A program made the position numbers and the translations under genes. A DNA stretch of 64,000 nt, taken from positions 29,202,001 to 29,266,000 of the forward strand of contig CATNEN010000038.1 in NCBI GenBank assembly GCA_950097015.1, given 5' to 3'. The notes under the pieces are model-generated. The model was given only the letters and a program-made list of their open reading frames with translations. It ran no database searches and was not told where the DNA came from. This stretch comes from Macrostomum hystrix. Its lineage: Eukaryota; Animalia; Platyhelminthes. Below, piece after piece: positions 13,103 to 26,097 of the stretch. Numbering within the stretch: the first letter of the stretch is position 1; each line of letters opens with the position of its first letter.

Positions 13103-13790
13103 TCAAACCACCTCGGATCTTGACACGCCTCGCTGATTCTCAACGCCTGCATACTCCTGATCGAATTCGATCTCCATGGGAACCCTCTGGGCTTGATCGT
13201 AGCTTCCTGAAAGACATTGTTGAATAAAGATTTTTTGTTCGAGTGCGCATCGAATGGCTTCGCAGGACTAGCAGACGGCGAGGAGCCCGTTTTGCTGAAT
13301 CCTGAGCACACACCTGTCATGATTTTTTTATCATTAAGCTGTGAGCACAGCTTAAGGTTAACCTGAGCTCGATTCCGCGGCGAGGCCTCATTTTTTAGGG
13401 CGCAGCCACGGAGAGAAGGCTTGGGGGATTGTTGTGCAATTTACGCACCTGAGGGCCAACCTGCAAGTGACAATGACAAAGTCAGGGCAGATGTACACAT
13501 CTGTGTGCTTGTGTGCTCAGGAGTCAGCGGAATGAGCAGAATTGCCTGCTCGCTGGCTGCAGGTCTAGAGTCACCAAATAATTAGCCATTGCCTGCAACC
13601 CTCCTGCAATTATTAATATATTTACTGTGAGCACCATCACTGTGTCTTTAGTGTTGGCCCCCAAGGGTGTATATTTCGCGAAAAGCCCTAATTCTCGCAG
13701 CATTTAGAATTTCGTGCGATCTAGGTTGTCACACCAGGGCCAACAACCAAGGAGCATCACTCACTTCTAGGATCGTCGGACTGCCCCATT

Positions 13791-13828
<38 letters not shown>

Positions 13829-16800
13829 TCTCATCTGCTGCTGCTGCTTAGTTTCGTATTGGCGTCCCATCGACGAATCGTCGCCAGAAGTGCCGCCCTG
13901 AACACGACGATTGGCCTGGCCCTGGTTATCGATACCGGCACCGCTGCCCTGGCTCACAATGGTCGTGCGACTGGCGCCCACATATTGGGGATTCTGACCC
14001 CGACTGTTATTGCCGCTGTGGAATTGTGGGGGACAACGATTAATTGCTACTCAATCTCGATTATCGAGACGCTTAAGTGAATTAGCCACCCCATTTCACA
14101 GACGCTTAAGCAAACCAGCCACCCCATTTCACAGACGCTTAATCAAACAAGCCACCCCGTTTCATAAACGCTTAAGCAAATCAGCCACCCCATTTCAAAG
14201 ACGCTTAATAAAATCAGCCACCCCATTTCACAGACGCTTAATCAAATCAGCCACCCCATTTCAAAGACGCTTAATCAAATCAGCCAACTTATTTCAAAGA
14301 CGCTTAATCAAATCAGCCACCCCATTTCAAAGACGCTTAATCAAATCAGCCAACTTATTTCAAAGACGCTTAATCAAATCAGCCACCCCATTTCAAAGAC
14401 GCTTAATCAAATCAGCCACCCCATTTCAAAGACGCTTAATCAAATCAGCCAACTTATTTCAAAGACGCTTAATCAAATCAGCCACCCCATTTCAAAGACG
14501 CTTAATCAAATCAGCCAACTTATTTCAAAGACGCTTAATCAAATCAGCCACCCCATTTCAAAGACGCTTAATAAAATCAGCCACCCCATTTCACAGACGC
14601 TTAATCAAATCAGCCACCCCATTTCAAAGACGCTTAATCAAATCAGCCAACTTATTTCAAAGACGCTTAAGCAAACCAGCCAACCCATTACCTAGACAAC
14701 TAAGCAAACCACTTTAGCAAACTAACCACCCAACCTCTAGATATTTGTGCTCTACTTTGTTTGAGTGCAATAGTGAACCACGTAAAACTTATCTTATCGC
14801 TAGGCAAAGGGACTTTGGGTGCGTGGCTGCCTAATTTAGGGAGCTTAGATTTTTTATTTCGTCTAAGATATTTGTTGGATTCAACACAGAATGTCGTAGA
14901 TAAGCCGTTTATGTTTTTTATTTCATAAAAAACAACTCGAGTTTTATGAAAATGGGGTGGTGTGTTTGGATTGAAATGGGGTGTTGTGTTTCAACTTAAA
15001 ATGGGGTTGTGGGTTTTGATTATAAATGGGGTGGTGGGTTTTGATTTAGAATGGGGTTGTGGGTTTTGATTATAAATGGGGTGGTGGGTTTTGATTTAGA
15101 ATGGGGTTGTGGGTTTTGATTATAAATGGGGTGGTAGGTTTCGATTGAAAATGGGGTGGTGTGTTTGGATTGAAATGGGGTGGTGTGTTTCAACTTAAAA
15201 TGGGGTTGTGGGTTTTGATTATAAATGGGGTTGTGGGTTTTGATTATAAATGGGGTTGTGGGTTTTGATTATAAATGGGGTTGTGGGTTTTGATTATAAA
15301 TGGGGTTGTGGGTTTTGATTTAGAATGGGGTGGTGGGTTTTGATTATAAATGGGGTTGTGGGTTTTGATTATAAATGGGGTTGTGGGTTTTGATTTAGAA
15401 TGGGGTGTTGTGTTTCGGTTTAACGTGGGGTGGTGGATTCATTCTCAATAAGCTTCAGTCTTACCCTGCCGATCTTCGTCGCATCAGCAAAATGACGAAC
15501 ACAATGATGCCGATGATAAGTATAACAGCTACAGGCACGGTGATGCCAACGATTAGGCCAACGTTCGCTTGGTTGAACAGGTCAGGATTCACTGCTTCGA
15601 CTGAATAGTGTAGAAAAAATGGCATAAACTTCTAACTTTAATTTATTATTAAAACCCATTAATCAAGTTTAACTATGTAATAAACTTAGAGCTTACATTC
15701 GCAGGTGAATCCTAAATTAGCAGGGTTGGGATTCCAGGCCAATGCTCCGTCGGCCTGGCGGACGCAGCTGATGCTCTCTTGGGCGCGCGACGCCTGCAGC
15801 TGCGGTGCGCAGCTCAGCTGCAGACTGGCGCCCTCAATCAGGACCGCGTCCATCGGTATTGTCAGTCCGCGAATGGCTGGCTTCTCGCAGTAGCGACCTA
15901 AAATTCGGTTTAATTTATCTATTTATCGATCCAAATGATCCCTTTCTACAAACGGGATTTCGTATTTCGTATTTTAAAGGGTGTAGATATTTATAGCACA
16001 AGGGTTGGAGTTTTGGAGCTCTGATTGAGATTCTTTTTCACGATTGCATCAGTTCACACAGCTGAGAAATGTGTACTAGCATAATAACTATTTTGTTTGC
16101 AGGAGGGCTGCGGGCAACGGCACATTATTTGTTAATAGTAGAGCTGCAGCCAGCGAGGAGGCAGTTCTACCCGTTCCGCTGACTCCTGAGCACACACGCA
16201 CACATATAACGACGCAGGCGCACGCTAACACAGGTGTGTACACCTGCCCTGACTTTCTAATCATCAGGCAGTGTACACTCTCACTGTGCCTTGGAGGTTC
16301 TCAAGTGCGTAAATTGCATGACCAGCCCCCGAGCCTTCTCTTCACGGCTGCGCCCCAAACAAATGTGGCTTCGTTGAACTCAGGGATGTGCCAAAGTGTG
16401 AGAAGCAAATGCCACTCACCCCTGTGTGCGTACAGCATTAGCAGGGGAAGAAATTCTGGTGTGTTTAGTCCACAGACTGAACAGCTGTTCGAGCGTACGC
16501 AGCATTTGGAAGCGCCGTATGTTTACATTTTATTTCTCTTATTTGACTCTTAAAAATGATAATTTGTCACATGCTTTCAAAAGGGGGCATAGCTTTACTC
16601 CAAAGCCTTAGCCTAGTCGCGAAGCCTAACTTACCAGTCTCATTGGCAGAAACTCGCATAGTGGCAAAGTCTGCTGTCCTCTGGTACGTTTGCCTACCAA
16701 TGTTGACGTTCTGCATTACACGAATATCGAAGATGCAATCTCTATTGGACTGGCAAGTAGCGGCTTCTTCTCCGTGTGCGGTAATGTTATCGGCTGTGAA

Positions 16801-19800
16801 TCTGGCGACAGGCTCGTATCGCCTGACGAAATAGTTGTTGTAGTCCTGAAAATCACTGTTCCTCTGTCCCCTATAAACAAACAGGCTGTCGCGGATATCA
16901 GTCAGAATATTTTTCTTGCAAAACGCAAAGTGAAAGTCTCGGGCGTTCTCCGTAAACGCGGTTGTAGCGCCGCTAACGTCCACAAATTCATCCGCAGCAT
17001 TGTCAGTCCATCGGCCCAGAAGGCCGCGGGTCAGGCCCTTCAAACTTGCTGACAGAGCCACAAAGGCGTTCATGTAGTTTAAGCCGTCGGCGGCATACAA
17101 GTCGATGCCCATGGACTGATCGTTGCTGGATAGCTGCAGCACCAAGCTGTCAGTGCCCACTAGTCTGATGGTGACGCCACCCTCCGTGTAGGGTCTATCC
17201 ATGCCAACAGCGACCTCCGACTGGGCGCCGGACTCCGCCAGACGGTGGACAACGAATCTCGATGAGCCGACCGGGGCAGAGCGAACTGAGGCCTGTGGTA
17301 AAAAAAACTCCGGGTATTCTAAAATATACTTTAATATTGGAAATACCACGCTATTTTTCCCTTGGGCAAAGACAACAGGGGTATTTCGTATACTGCCTAC
17401 TTCACGATCGCTCACAACCCGAATGACAGATTTTCGTTAAAGTCCACCATATGGATCTATACTTCCCGCCCCCTTTCGATCTAACTTTCAAAGCCGTTCT
17501 GTATAAACCTCTATTGCGAATCCATATTGGTTCAATAATAAAATATTCAATAATATAGCAATGCAATATAATCAACAATTTTAGCCGACATGTGATGAAA
17601 TATTGTAAGATAATAAATTATGAAAAAGTATTGTTGATTTCCGCAACTAGACATCCCGATGATAGTCGTTGAATCGTTCACAATAATGCCAAAATGTTTT
17701 TTTACTTTTCATTGTTGTCAAGACAATCGCCTAATTTTCTTAATCAAACAGCCTGAAGAGAATGCGAGCTCGTCCCGGTTTTGAACCCACGACCCCTGTT
17801 ACCTTTTCAGCGGTCATTGTATTTACCTGAAATGAGGCGCCAGTTCCGACTTTCACCGCAACAGCCACCAGAAAAGTAGCATTGTCGGCATCGTGCAGCC
17901 TGAGAAATCTGCCCTGCACTTGAAAATTATTGTCCGTCCTCTGCAGCCAATATTCGCCAAGGCCGTTGAACAGGTACGGCCGGCCGCTGAAGCTAGTCAG
18001 GTGAGGATCTCCCACAATGCTACCGCCGCGTCCGGCTACAAAGCCGGACAACTTTGGCGTCGGTCTCTCGTGCATGAAATTAAACGGGCAATCGCCCTGG
18101 TTTGACCAGCGACAGCAATACAGAAACTGAAGCGCGTCCCAGTACCAATGCGACATGATTGGCACTCGACCTGGCAGGAGGGGGTTGTTACCGGCGGGCG
18201 TTGCGCCGTCTGGGTGGGCCCGTATGGCGCGGCTGCCGTGCTGGCTCCAGTCGCTGCCGCTACTGATGAAGTCCTGATAGACCAGCTGCCCGGCTGCGTT
18301 ACCATAGCAACAGATGGACGCCGGGGCGCCGTGCAAGTCGGCACTGCGAGAAGAGAAATTTAGTGAGGGATTTGCAGCTCTGGTTGATTGGCTTTTAGTT
18401 CTGTTTGAATTGTAGAGCAGTGCTAGTCATTACCCCCCCTTCTCTCTGTTTTTTTCGCTCGCCGCCCTCTTATTGTACTTTCTCCTCTCTATCTGTTTAA
18501 CTTCTCGGCTAACCTTCACTTCCCTTTCCTTTCCCTCGTCTCTGATTGGCTAGCTGCTCGTCTCTCTTTCCTCACCCCTCCTTTTCAGCTCTTTCCCTCT
18601 GGTCCGTCCTTAACTCCTGATTAACAGTTTTGATTCTCAGTCTAGAGGGCTTCCACATCTCGTTTTCGATTCGTTCAGTGCCGTAAAGACAGGCTTTTAC
18701 TGCGGAGACTCAATTTATTTTAAGAATTCACTGCAGTGCTCACTTGCTCTCGACCCGTGACACATAGCAGATTTGGCTGGGTGTGGCAGAAGCGCAACCA
18801 TTTGGCAGCTCAGGACAATATCCCAGTCTCAGGTAGCGGCTTGAGTCGGCCCTAGCCTGAGTTAGACTAGCCGGACAGTTCATCGCCTGAAGTCTCTCTC
18901 GAACTCGTTGGGAACCTTCGTCAGTGCCAGTGAGAGCGTTGCATTTCTGCCTATACCAATCCGGTTGTTGGTGCTCAGCGAAATACCTGTTAACTAGCCA
19001 GCCAAGCGGCACGATACGGGAGCGCAGGTACCTGTGCATTTGCGGTTTTTTTAATGCTTTTGATCACAAGGTGATTCGATAAGCAGGTGTTTTGAGAACG
19101 ATGTGATTTGATAACGAGGTGATTTGATAACGAGGTAATGAGGTACGAGAGGCGATCAAAAAGTTCTGCAACCAACAGTCCCGTAGCCACTTCTGCTGCA
19201 CCAAATAAAGTTAAATTTGCTGGAGTTGTTCAACATTTTGTTTTCTCCTTCCTTGTAGAGTTTCAGTTGATTTCGAGAACCAGTTTCAGTTTTACTGGAC
19301 ACCAACCAACTCCTGTTTTCAGCCTGTACATGGAATCGTCAAAAGACAACATTCGCTTCTACATCTATATGCGCATGCATCTGGAAATAAGCTGTGGAAA
19401 TTCACAGCGACTTAGTTTCAGTGTTGGCTGAAGCTGCGCCGTCATTTGACACTGTCGCGCGCTGGATGCGCCACTTTACCGATGGACGAACGAGCTCCAA
19501 AGACGAGAGTCAGTCTGGACGACCCCGGACATCCGTGACCGAGGCATCAGTGGCCCGCGCGGACACAATTGTGCGCGAGGATTGCGGTGTGACACTGAGA
19601 TTCCTTGCCTACGAGTTCGGTGTCAACTATGGAAGCGCCCACACCATCATGCATGAGCAGCTGGGCCGCTCCAAGACCTGCGCCCGCTGGGTGCCGCACC
19701 TGCTCACAATGGAACAGTGCGCTGAGCGCGTGCGAATCTGCCGCCTGTGGCTGGAGCTGTTCGAACCAAATGGTCCAAGAAGGCTGTCTGACCTCGTGAC

Positions 19801-22800
19801 AGGAGACGAATGTTGGATTTCCTTCTTCACGATGAAGGACAAGCAGTCCAACATGGTCTTTTCTCGCATTCAGGACCTGGCACGAGCAGTCAAATCAGAA
19901 CTCGAGAGACTACCAACATCAGAGTACCTCAGCTGCTTCCAGGCCTGGCGGATGCGAATGCAACGGTGCATTGAAGCTGAGGAGAAACGTTCTCAAAACA
20001 CTTTGAGGGAATGCGACACTGAATGTGTGCTCCAGTTTTCTCTGGACTGTGTAATAACGCAGCTTGCAGAACTTTTTGATCGCTCCTCGTAACGAGGTAA
20101 TTGATAACGAGATGGCACATGCCTGTTGACTAGACAGTTTCATAGCCAATAGTTCTTACCTGGGCGGGTAGCTGCTGTCAACAATTTCAAAGTATCCAAT
20201 ATGATGAGTTGCGCAGTCTTGGCTTGCGCAGGTCAGACCACTGACGTCGAACCGACCGATCGATGGCGCGTCAACTTCAAGAAGGGTTTTTATCGGGGAC
20301 TGCGGGCGGTGTCGATTTGTTGATAGGAGTGCAATGTCTTTTCACTCGTAGCTCGAGCTTGTTTTTTACTCACAGTAGCAGCGTCGATCTTTGAAAGTCC
20401 AGCCTCGGAGTAAGCAATCACTCTAAGCTTTATTGCCCCACTCAACGTCGAATCGTAGGTGATCTAATAAATAAATCAAGCATATTTTTTGTGTTTTCAC
20501 TTACAGTTTTGGTACTACGAGCTAAAACTTATAGAATTATAAGTGAAAAAAAACAACAAAAAATTGAGAACTTGCCTGCAGTCCCTCGGACGAAAGTCTC
20601 ATCCAGTTCTCATAATCGCCAACAAGTTCGATTCTTCCTGACGTAGTCTCGTCCGGACTCACTGGAAGTTTTTTTCACGACCATGATCATAATTTGGTGA
20701 GTGGATTTCTTTGAGACGATTGGAGGATATGACACGGATGATACTCGCATGCACGAAATCACTACATGTTTCAATCAAGTTGATTCTATTCAACTGGCAA
20801 CGCACTTCAAACCGGTCAAAGCGGTTTGGCACTCCAAGGGGAGGAGACGAAGCAATAAGAACTGGGCAAAATTGTGCTTAAGAGTCGATAAGGAACGACG
20901 CCTCCTCGAAGATGGCCTAACAAAAGAGTTCATCGACATTTCAATACACGTACGCCCAAGCACCTTGAGAGTAGCAGGGCGTCCAACGCGTTTGCCTCAC
21001 GCACCAAGGTCTCTGCGCTCGATTCCGCTACGAGGCCACAATTATTTGTAGCCCAGCCGTGAAGACAAGGCTTGTGGTTTTGTCGTGCAATTTACGCCCT
21101 TTGAGGGCCAACCGCCAGTGAGGTACACTGCCTGACGATGAGAAAATCAGAGCAGACGTACACACCTGTGGATGCGTGTGCCTGCGTACGGTATCTGTCT
21201 GCATGTGTGCTCAGGAGTTAGTGGAATGGGCAAAATTGACTCCTCGCTGGCTGCGGGTCTAGTGTCACGAAATGATGTGCATTGCCCGCAGCTCTCTTGC
21301 AATTATTATTATCATTATTAAGCGAAAACTATGTTTGCCTACCATATGTAAACGCTGTGCTAAACTGCGAGCCGCTGATTGTGTCAATGGAAAGCGACAG
21401 CGTGGCCTGACCCAGCCTGAAGGCTGGTGGAATTCGGCAAGCCAGGAAAACTCCAGCTCCAGTGCAGCTGCTGTTGCCACCGGCGCACTCGATCGTGGGG
21501 CTCTCGCCTAGTGTAGCTCCGCTCATGGTCAAAGTGCAAGTGCCGCGGGCGCCCGGACTGTAACATCGGCCAGAGACAACGGCCACATTGCCGCCCAGAA
21601 GTGAGTCTCTCAACAGCGTAGACGACAGGACCCGATCGCCGTCCGAGTTGAGGCAGCCACCGCGCTGCGTCGGCCACGAGTCGATACGGTAGACGTAGCG
21701 ACCGAGGGTGCCGTTGACAAGGCCTGACATCTGCGGCAGCTGGGCTGCCGTGTCGGCGGTGAACGGCAAACGGACGGTGTCGTAACTGTCGCCTCTACTG
21801 AAGCCGGCCTGCATAGCGACGAGGGTCAGTAACCGATCCGTGAAATTCCCACCAGTCACCCGTCAGTCAATTAGAGTCCCAGACTTACCAATATCCTCGA
21901 ATTAGAACCCTGCACTTGAATGTAACTCATTTTTACATAATTGTACAAAGCGTAGGTGCTGGTCGCTCCGTAAACTATCACAACTTGAAAGGTGTTGTCC
22001 TAAATGAAGAAATAAATACGAGCATATATAGATTCATAACGTTATAAGTAAGGTGTTAGCAATTTTTTCTTTCAGTTCTTTAATATGTAAAATGTAATTT
22101 TCAAATATAATCATGTGAGTCAGTTTGTTTGATCTGTCACATTTTGTTCTACCGAAATATTGCAACTGTGTGACCATTATAAACCGAAAGGCCAACAGCG
22201 AATGACAAAATTCAGTTCTGTGTACCTGATTAGCTTCGCCTGTTCTGGGTCTCTGATCTTGCCAGGTGAAAATGTAACCGCCAAGAGCAGTGAAGGCCTG
22301 ATTGTTCCAGAAGTTCTGTCGCACAATGGCTTCAACCTCGCGAAGAACAGACTCAGTCAGGCGACCATAATGGGTGCTTGAGACTTGAGGTCCGTTTTGA
22401 ATGGAAAACTCTCCAGGTTGCAACAGGCTATGCTCATGAAGCGTACTCGGGTCAAATATGCTGTTATCCGTATCAATGCCCAAGGTAATCCGGCCGTTTG
22501 CTCGGCTGATCTAGAAGTTGAATCAGTTTTGATTCAAAACTTTTCCGGGTAGAAGTGTGCAATTGTTTCAGAATAGGGGGCGGATGGTCGATGGAGCGGT
22601 CCAACGCGTTTGCTTCTCGCAGCAATGTCCCTGAGCTTGATTCAGTGGCGAGGCCACATTTATTTGGGGCGCAGCTTTGTGTATGTATAGTTAAGCAATT
22701 TACGCCCTTGTTAGTGTAGTGAGAGAGTGCCCGCTAGACACATTCAGAGTGTACACTGCCTGACGATGAGAAAGTCAGGGCAGATGTACTCGTACACACC

Positions 22801-23704
22801 TGTGTGCCAGTATCTGTGTGCCTGTGTGCTTTGCCGTTCAAATAGGCAGAATTGCCTCCTCGCTGGCTGCTGTTGTCAACAACGATTGTCAATTATGTGC
22901 CAGTGCCCAAGTCATCCCGAATATATCTTTTTATAGTTATTGGGCAATATGGGTTAATAAAACGTTTATACCAAACAACATGGTTATAGAGCAACTCACA
23001 TAATTTTGAACATTGTTCGGATAGGCTCTACCGAAAATTGTGACTTCGTGCTCAAACGTAAAAGTTGCACCTGCGCTGGCCCGGTCAATTTCAGTTCCTA
23101 AGTGCTCAATTAGAGCCGGTGAAGCGTCTAAGAAAGGTAAAGTTGCTTTTGTGTGTAGAGCTTTTGTGTAGTCCGAATACAATAAAATGATTATGTCGAT
23201 TCCAAGATTTAATTTAGGGATGGGCTTACTTATTAGCTAGCGGGCCAAAAAGATGACCTAAAAGACGACAGCGGGCCGCAATGACTGTAGAAATATGAGA
23301 TACGGGAGAGATGAGACAGCGGAGATATGAGACAGCGGAGAGATGAGACACGGGACAGATGAGACACAGGAGAGATGAGAATGGGGAAAATATAACACGG
23401 GAGAGTTGAGAGAGCGTAGAGATGAGATAGGGGAGAGATGAGACAGGGGAGAGATAAGACAGGGGAAAGATGAGACATAATACTGTAGGTATCGGAAGGG
23501 GCAACGGGCCAGATTTGGGAGATTTGAGGGCCGCATCTGGCCCACGGGCCGTAGTTTGCCGACCCATGATTTAATTAGTTCAAACAGAATCGAAATTGTG
23601 GTCAGCGGTTGATAAATATCACTTAAAAATGGAAAAGTTTTAAGAAACTTACAACTGCAAGGTAGAATGGCGGCCAGCAAAACTGCCACAATGTTGAACT
23701 TCAT
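13103..23704 (-). CDS. NIDO-AMOP-VWD-sushi type-I membrane protein (mesh/SUSD2-like); exons 23704..23653, ~23145..23000, 22510..22226, 21999..21889, 21808..21343, 20661..20576, 20463..20374, 20299..20160, 19031..18744, 18343..17827, 17292..16635, 15897..15697, 15600..15465, 14015..13765, 13206..13103
   Basis: Signal peptide MKFNIVAVLLAAILPCS; NIDO (DNTFQVVIV...YALYNY, AGFSRGD); AMOP (CPASLTQA...ICCY...LYCCRWS); VWD (GDPHLTSFSGRPYLFNGLGEY); sushi (C..P...LSC...ISC...W...C); TM GLIVGITVPVAVILIIGIIVFVILL. All junctions are phase-consistent; the exon 2 acceptor is uncertain. Confidence 0.85.
13360..13622 (+). mobile_element. SINE copy (plus a short antisense fragment ~13270-13315)
   Basis: GAGCTCGATTCCGCGGCGAGGCC...GCTCAGGAGTCAGCGG...CCTCCTGCAATTATT. 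Confidence 0.8.
14065..14730. repeat. 33-bp tandem array (AAATCAGCCACCCCATTTCAAAGACGCTTAATC)
   Basis: About 19 units; source of the spurious 235-aa ORF. Confidence 0.95.
14948..15440. repeat. 26-bp tandem array (AAATGGGGTKGTGGGTTTTGATTATA), core inverted relative to the 14065-14730 array
   Basis: About 18 units. Confidence 0.9.
16095..16385 (-). mobile_element. SINE copy
   Basis: Reverse complement of the SINE body through the CCTCCTGCAA tail. Confidence 0.8.
19146..20089 (+). mobile_element. Internally deleted mariner element with TIRs and TA TSD
   Basis: TIRs CGAGAGGCGATCAAAAAGTTCTGCAA / TTGCAGAACTTTTTGATCGCTCCTCG flanked by TA. Transposase remnant has the HTH, WVPHLLT and TGDECW motifs; the rest of the DD34D core is missing. 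Confidence 0.92.
20970..21320 (+). mobile_element. SINE copy
   Basis: Same head, body and (ATT)n tail. Confidence 0.8.
22576..22900 (+). mobile_element. SINE copy (diverged)
   Basis: GCGAGGCCACATTTATTTGGGGCGCAGC; CCTGACGATGAGAAAGTCAGGGCAGATG. Confidence 0.75.
23215..23568. mobile_element. Non-autonomous hAT element (MITE) with internal ~16-bp repeats
   Basis: Perfect 8-bp TSD ATTTAATT (23207-23214 and 23569-23576); hAT-like ends TAGGGATGGGC / GTTTGCCGACCCATG; GGCCC-rich subtermini. Confidence 0.85.
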
Positions 23705-24569
23705 GCTTTGGGTTTCTTGAAGACAGTAAGATAAAACGGGTTTTTCAGACTTAAGAAACATGGAAAAGCTAAGCCAACCGAACCGCCCAGAAGTCTTGCC
23801 GTATTGACGAAATGCTTATAAATGGTGACCGGGGCGGCATTGTAGGCTCAGGGTGGAGCTTCGCAGCCGAGTATTTTTTGATAAGATTTGAACCTCGGCC
23901 TGAGTCACAGCTATAGTAAAGTGTTTCGGCATAGTTTTTTTCTTCCTATCTCCTCACCAGGTGCACCAGTTTGGCTGAAGCTGATGTACACGAAGCGGAT
24001 AAGGGCGATCGCTGTGGGCATACTAGTTTCGTTACCAAGCTAGCTATTACCGCGCCTGTTCATTTTCTTATCTGTCGTCGAAGTCGCTGCCATGCTTGTG
24101 TGTGTGTGCTTGGGCCTCCTAATCAGCCAGCATTATTAGCATCGCCTGCTCAAATGCGTATGTGCTCAATATAGACGAACGGAAAAAATTAGGCCTACTG
24201 CATTGAAGTGATTTGTTGCGATAAATGAACTGGCGCATATGTTTACGTTACTAAATGCAACAAAACTATTTGGGTAGCAGTAAACAGCAAAATGTAAACT
24301 TCACATTTGCATTTGACATTAGCAACAGTGCGACTAAACGCCATGGACCGCTAGAAGAAGGACGCGACGTTTAAATTTATTAAGAGCAGATTTTCACGCA
24401 AAAATGCACTATATAGCGAGATTGTAGCTTCTCATGTTTTTACATTGAAATGGTGGAAAAGGTGGAAAACGTGAAAAGTTGCTATCCAGCTACTAGTGCA
24501 TTTTTCCGTGAAAATCAGCCATTAATAAATTTTCGCAGAAACGAAGTGTCCCGTTCTTTTTCTTCTAGT

Positions 24570-24790
24570 GGTCCTTGGTGCGCAATTTATGCCCTTGAGG
24601 ACCAACCTCCAAATTACAGTGAAACTGTACACTGCCTGACGTTGAGAAAATTAGAGCAGATGTACACACCTGTGTGAGCGTGTGTCTGCGTACGGTATCT
24701 GCGTGAGCGTGCGCTCAGGAGTCAGCGAAATGAGCAGAATTGCCTTCTCACTGGCTGCGGGTCTAATGCCAACAAACAATAATTATTAAT
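24570..24790 (+). mobile_element. SINE copy (3' half)
   Basis: GCAATTTATGCCCTTGAGGACCAACCTCC...GCTCAGGAGTCAGCGAAATG. Confidence 0.75.
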
Positions 24791-26097
24791 ACTAGTAGTT
24801 ACAGTTCATCCACTGCTGCCAATCCTAGCTAGCAACATGCAAAATTTTAGATCCTTGCCTGCGGTGCGTCATCAGTGCCTGTAGTCTGCGTGAAAATGTA
24901 TTACACTTTGTTTTGTGTTTCAGAAATTTCGTTTCTTCTTGTATTGAATTATTTCCTCAGTTAAAATCATAAATTTAAATGAGATAGAAGATGTGAACTG
25001 TTGTAGTAGTAGATATCGTGATTTGTTGTTGCTATTTTTAGTAATTAAAATAAAAGCCCGACCAAATCACGTTGCCGGCTAATCCTCGATAAGCCTGACT
25101 CGGCTAAGAAATCGTTGGTTGATTTTCGCCAAGCTAGTGTTTTTAATTTTTTAATCAACCTTGCATGTCCCGGAAGGGACACTGTTACGTTGACAAACAT
25201 TTTTGTCGTGCGCTAGACTCAACCAGAATCAAGAATGGTAGAATTCTCTACTATTTTGCTTTCGTATTCAGTTTTCAGATAACTTCTAATTACACGGATG
25301 ACATAGGCCGTTGATTTTCGCTTGACATCTAGTTTCAGTTTAACAGAACGCTGCATGCGGCGATGTCGAACAGAAAAACAAAAAGAACGAGTTCGAAAGG
25401 TTCGCGTGACACAGTTCGGTAACCGGAACTGGCTCATTGCTCGCATCTGCTGATCTGAACTATTGGAACTATAACCGAATGGGAAATTATCGTTTAAAAA
25501 AATTTTGAGAGCGATTTAGAGTTAATGTGAAACAACTCATTTGTAGCTGCAGATTGACACCAAATTCATCTTCAAGTATTCGAAGAAGAAAGTTCTGTGT
25601 AGATACTGCTTTTAGTTTAGTTAGAGTATTTTAGCAACTATTTCTTAGATACGCTTAACGTTGTACTTGGTATAGTTCTGACAATGGGCTGTTAAACTAA
25701 AGATAAATTATTTCAGCGTACTACGAAAAGTACATACATGTTCTTTTAAAAAATAGCCTGATCGTTCTAGTATTAAACGATGGCATTTTTCGCGAGCGTT
25801 TCATTCAACAACTACCATGCCACAAACGCGCTGTGTTAAACATTGAAAATAGCTTAAAACATGCACATTCAGGATAAAACAACGGCAGCAAAGCAGAGCA
25901 GTCGTCCCTTCTTTCCGGTCTGGCAGCCATTGGGACTGAGTATAATTAAATAACATGCATCATCAAACCTACCCCGACAGAAATTCGATGATCTGAACGG
26001 GCCCGGAATGAAAGAATAAATTATATGCAGTGAATTTTTGGTCAACTACACCGACATTTTTTAGCCAACTGACCCAGAATTTGCTCTGTCAAACAAC

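Noticed and set aside
13096-13320. 74-aa ORF as the last exon of the mesh-like gene
   Set aside because: Its 5' part is an antisense SINE fragment; a better acceptor at 13207 uses a different frame
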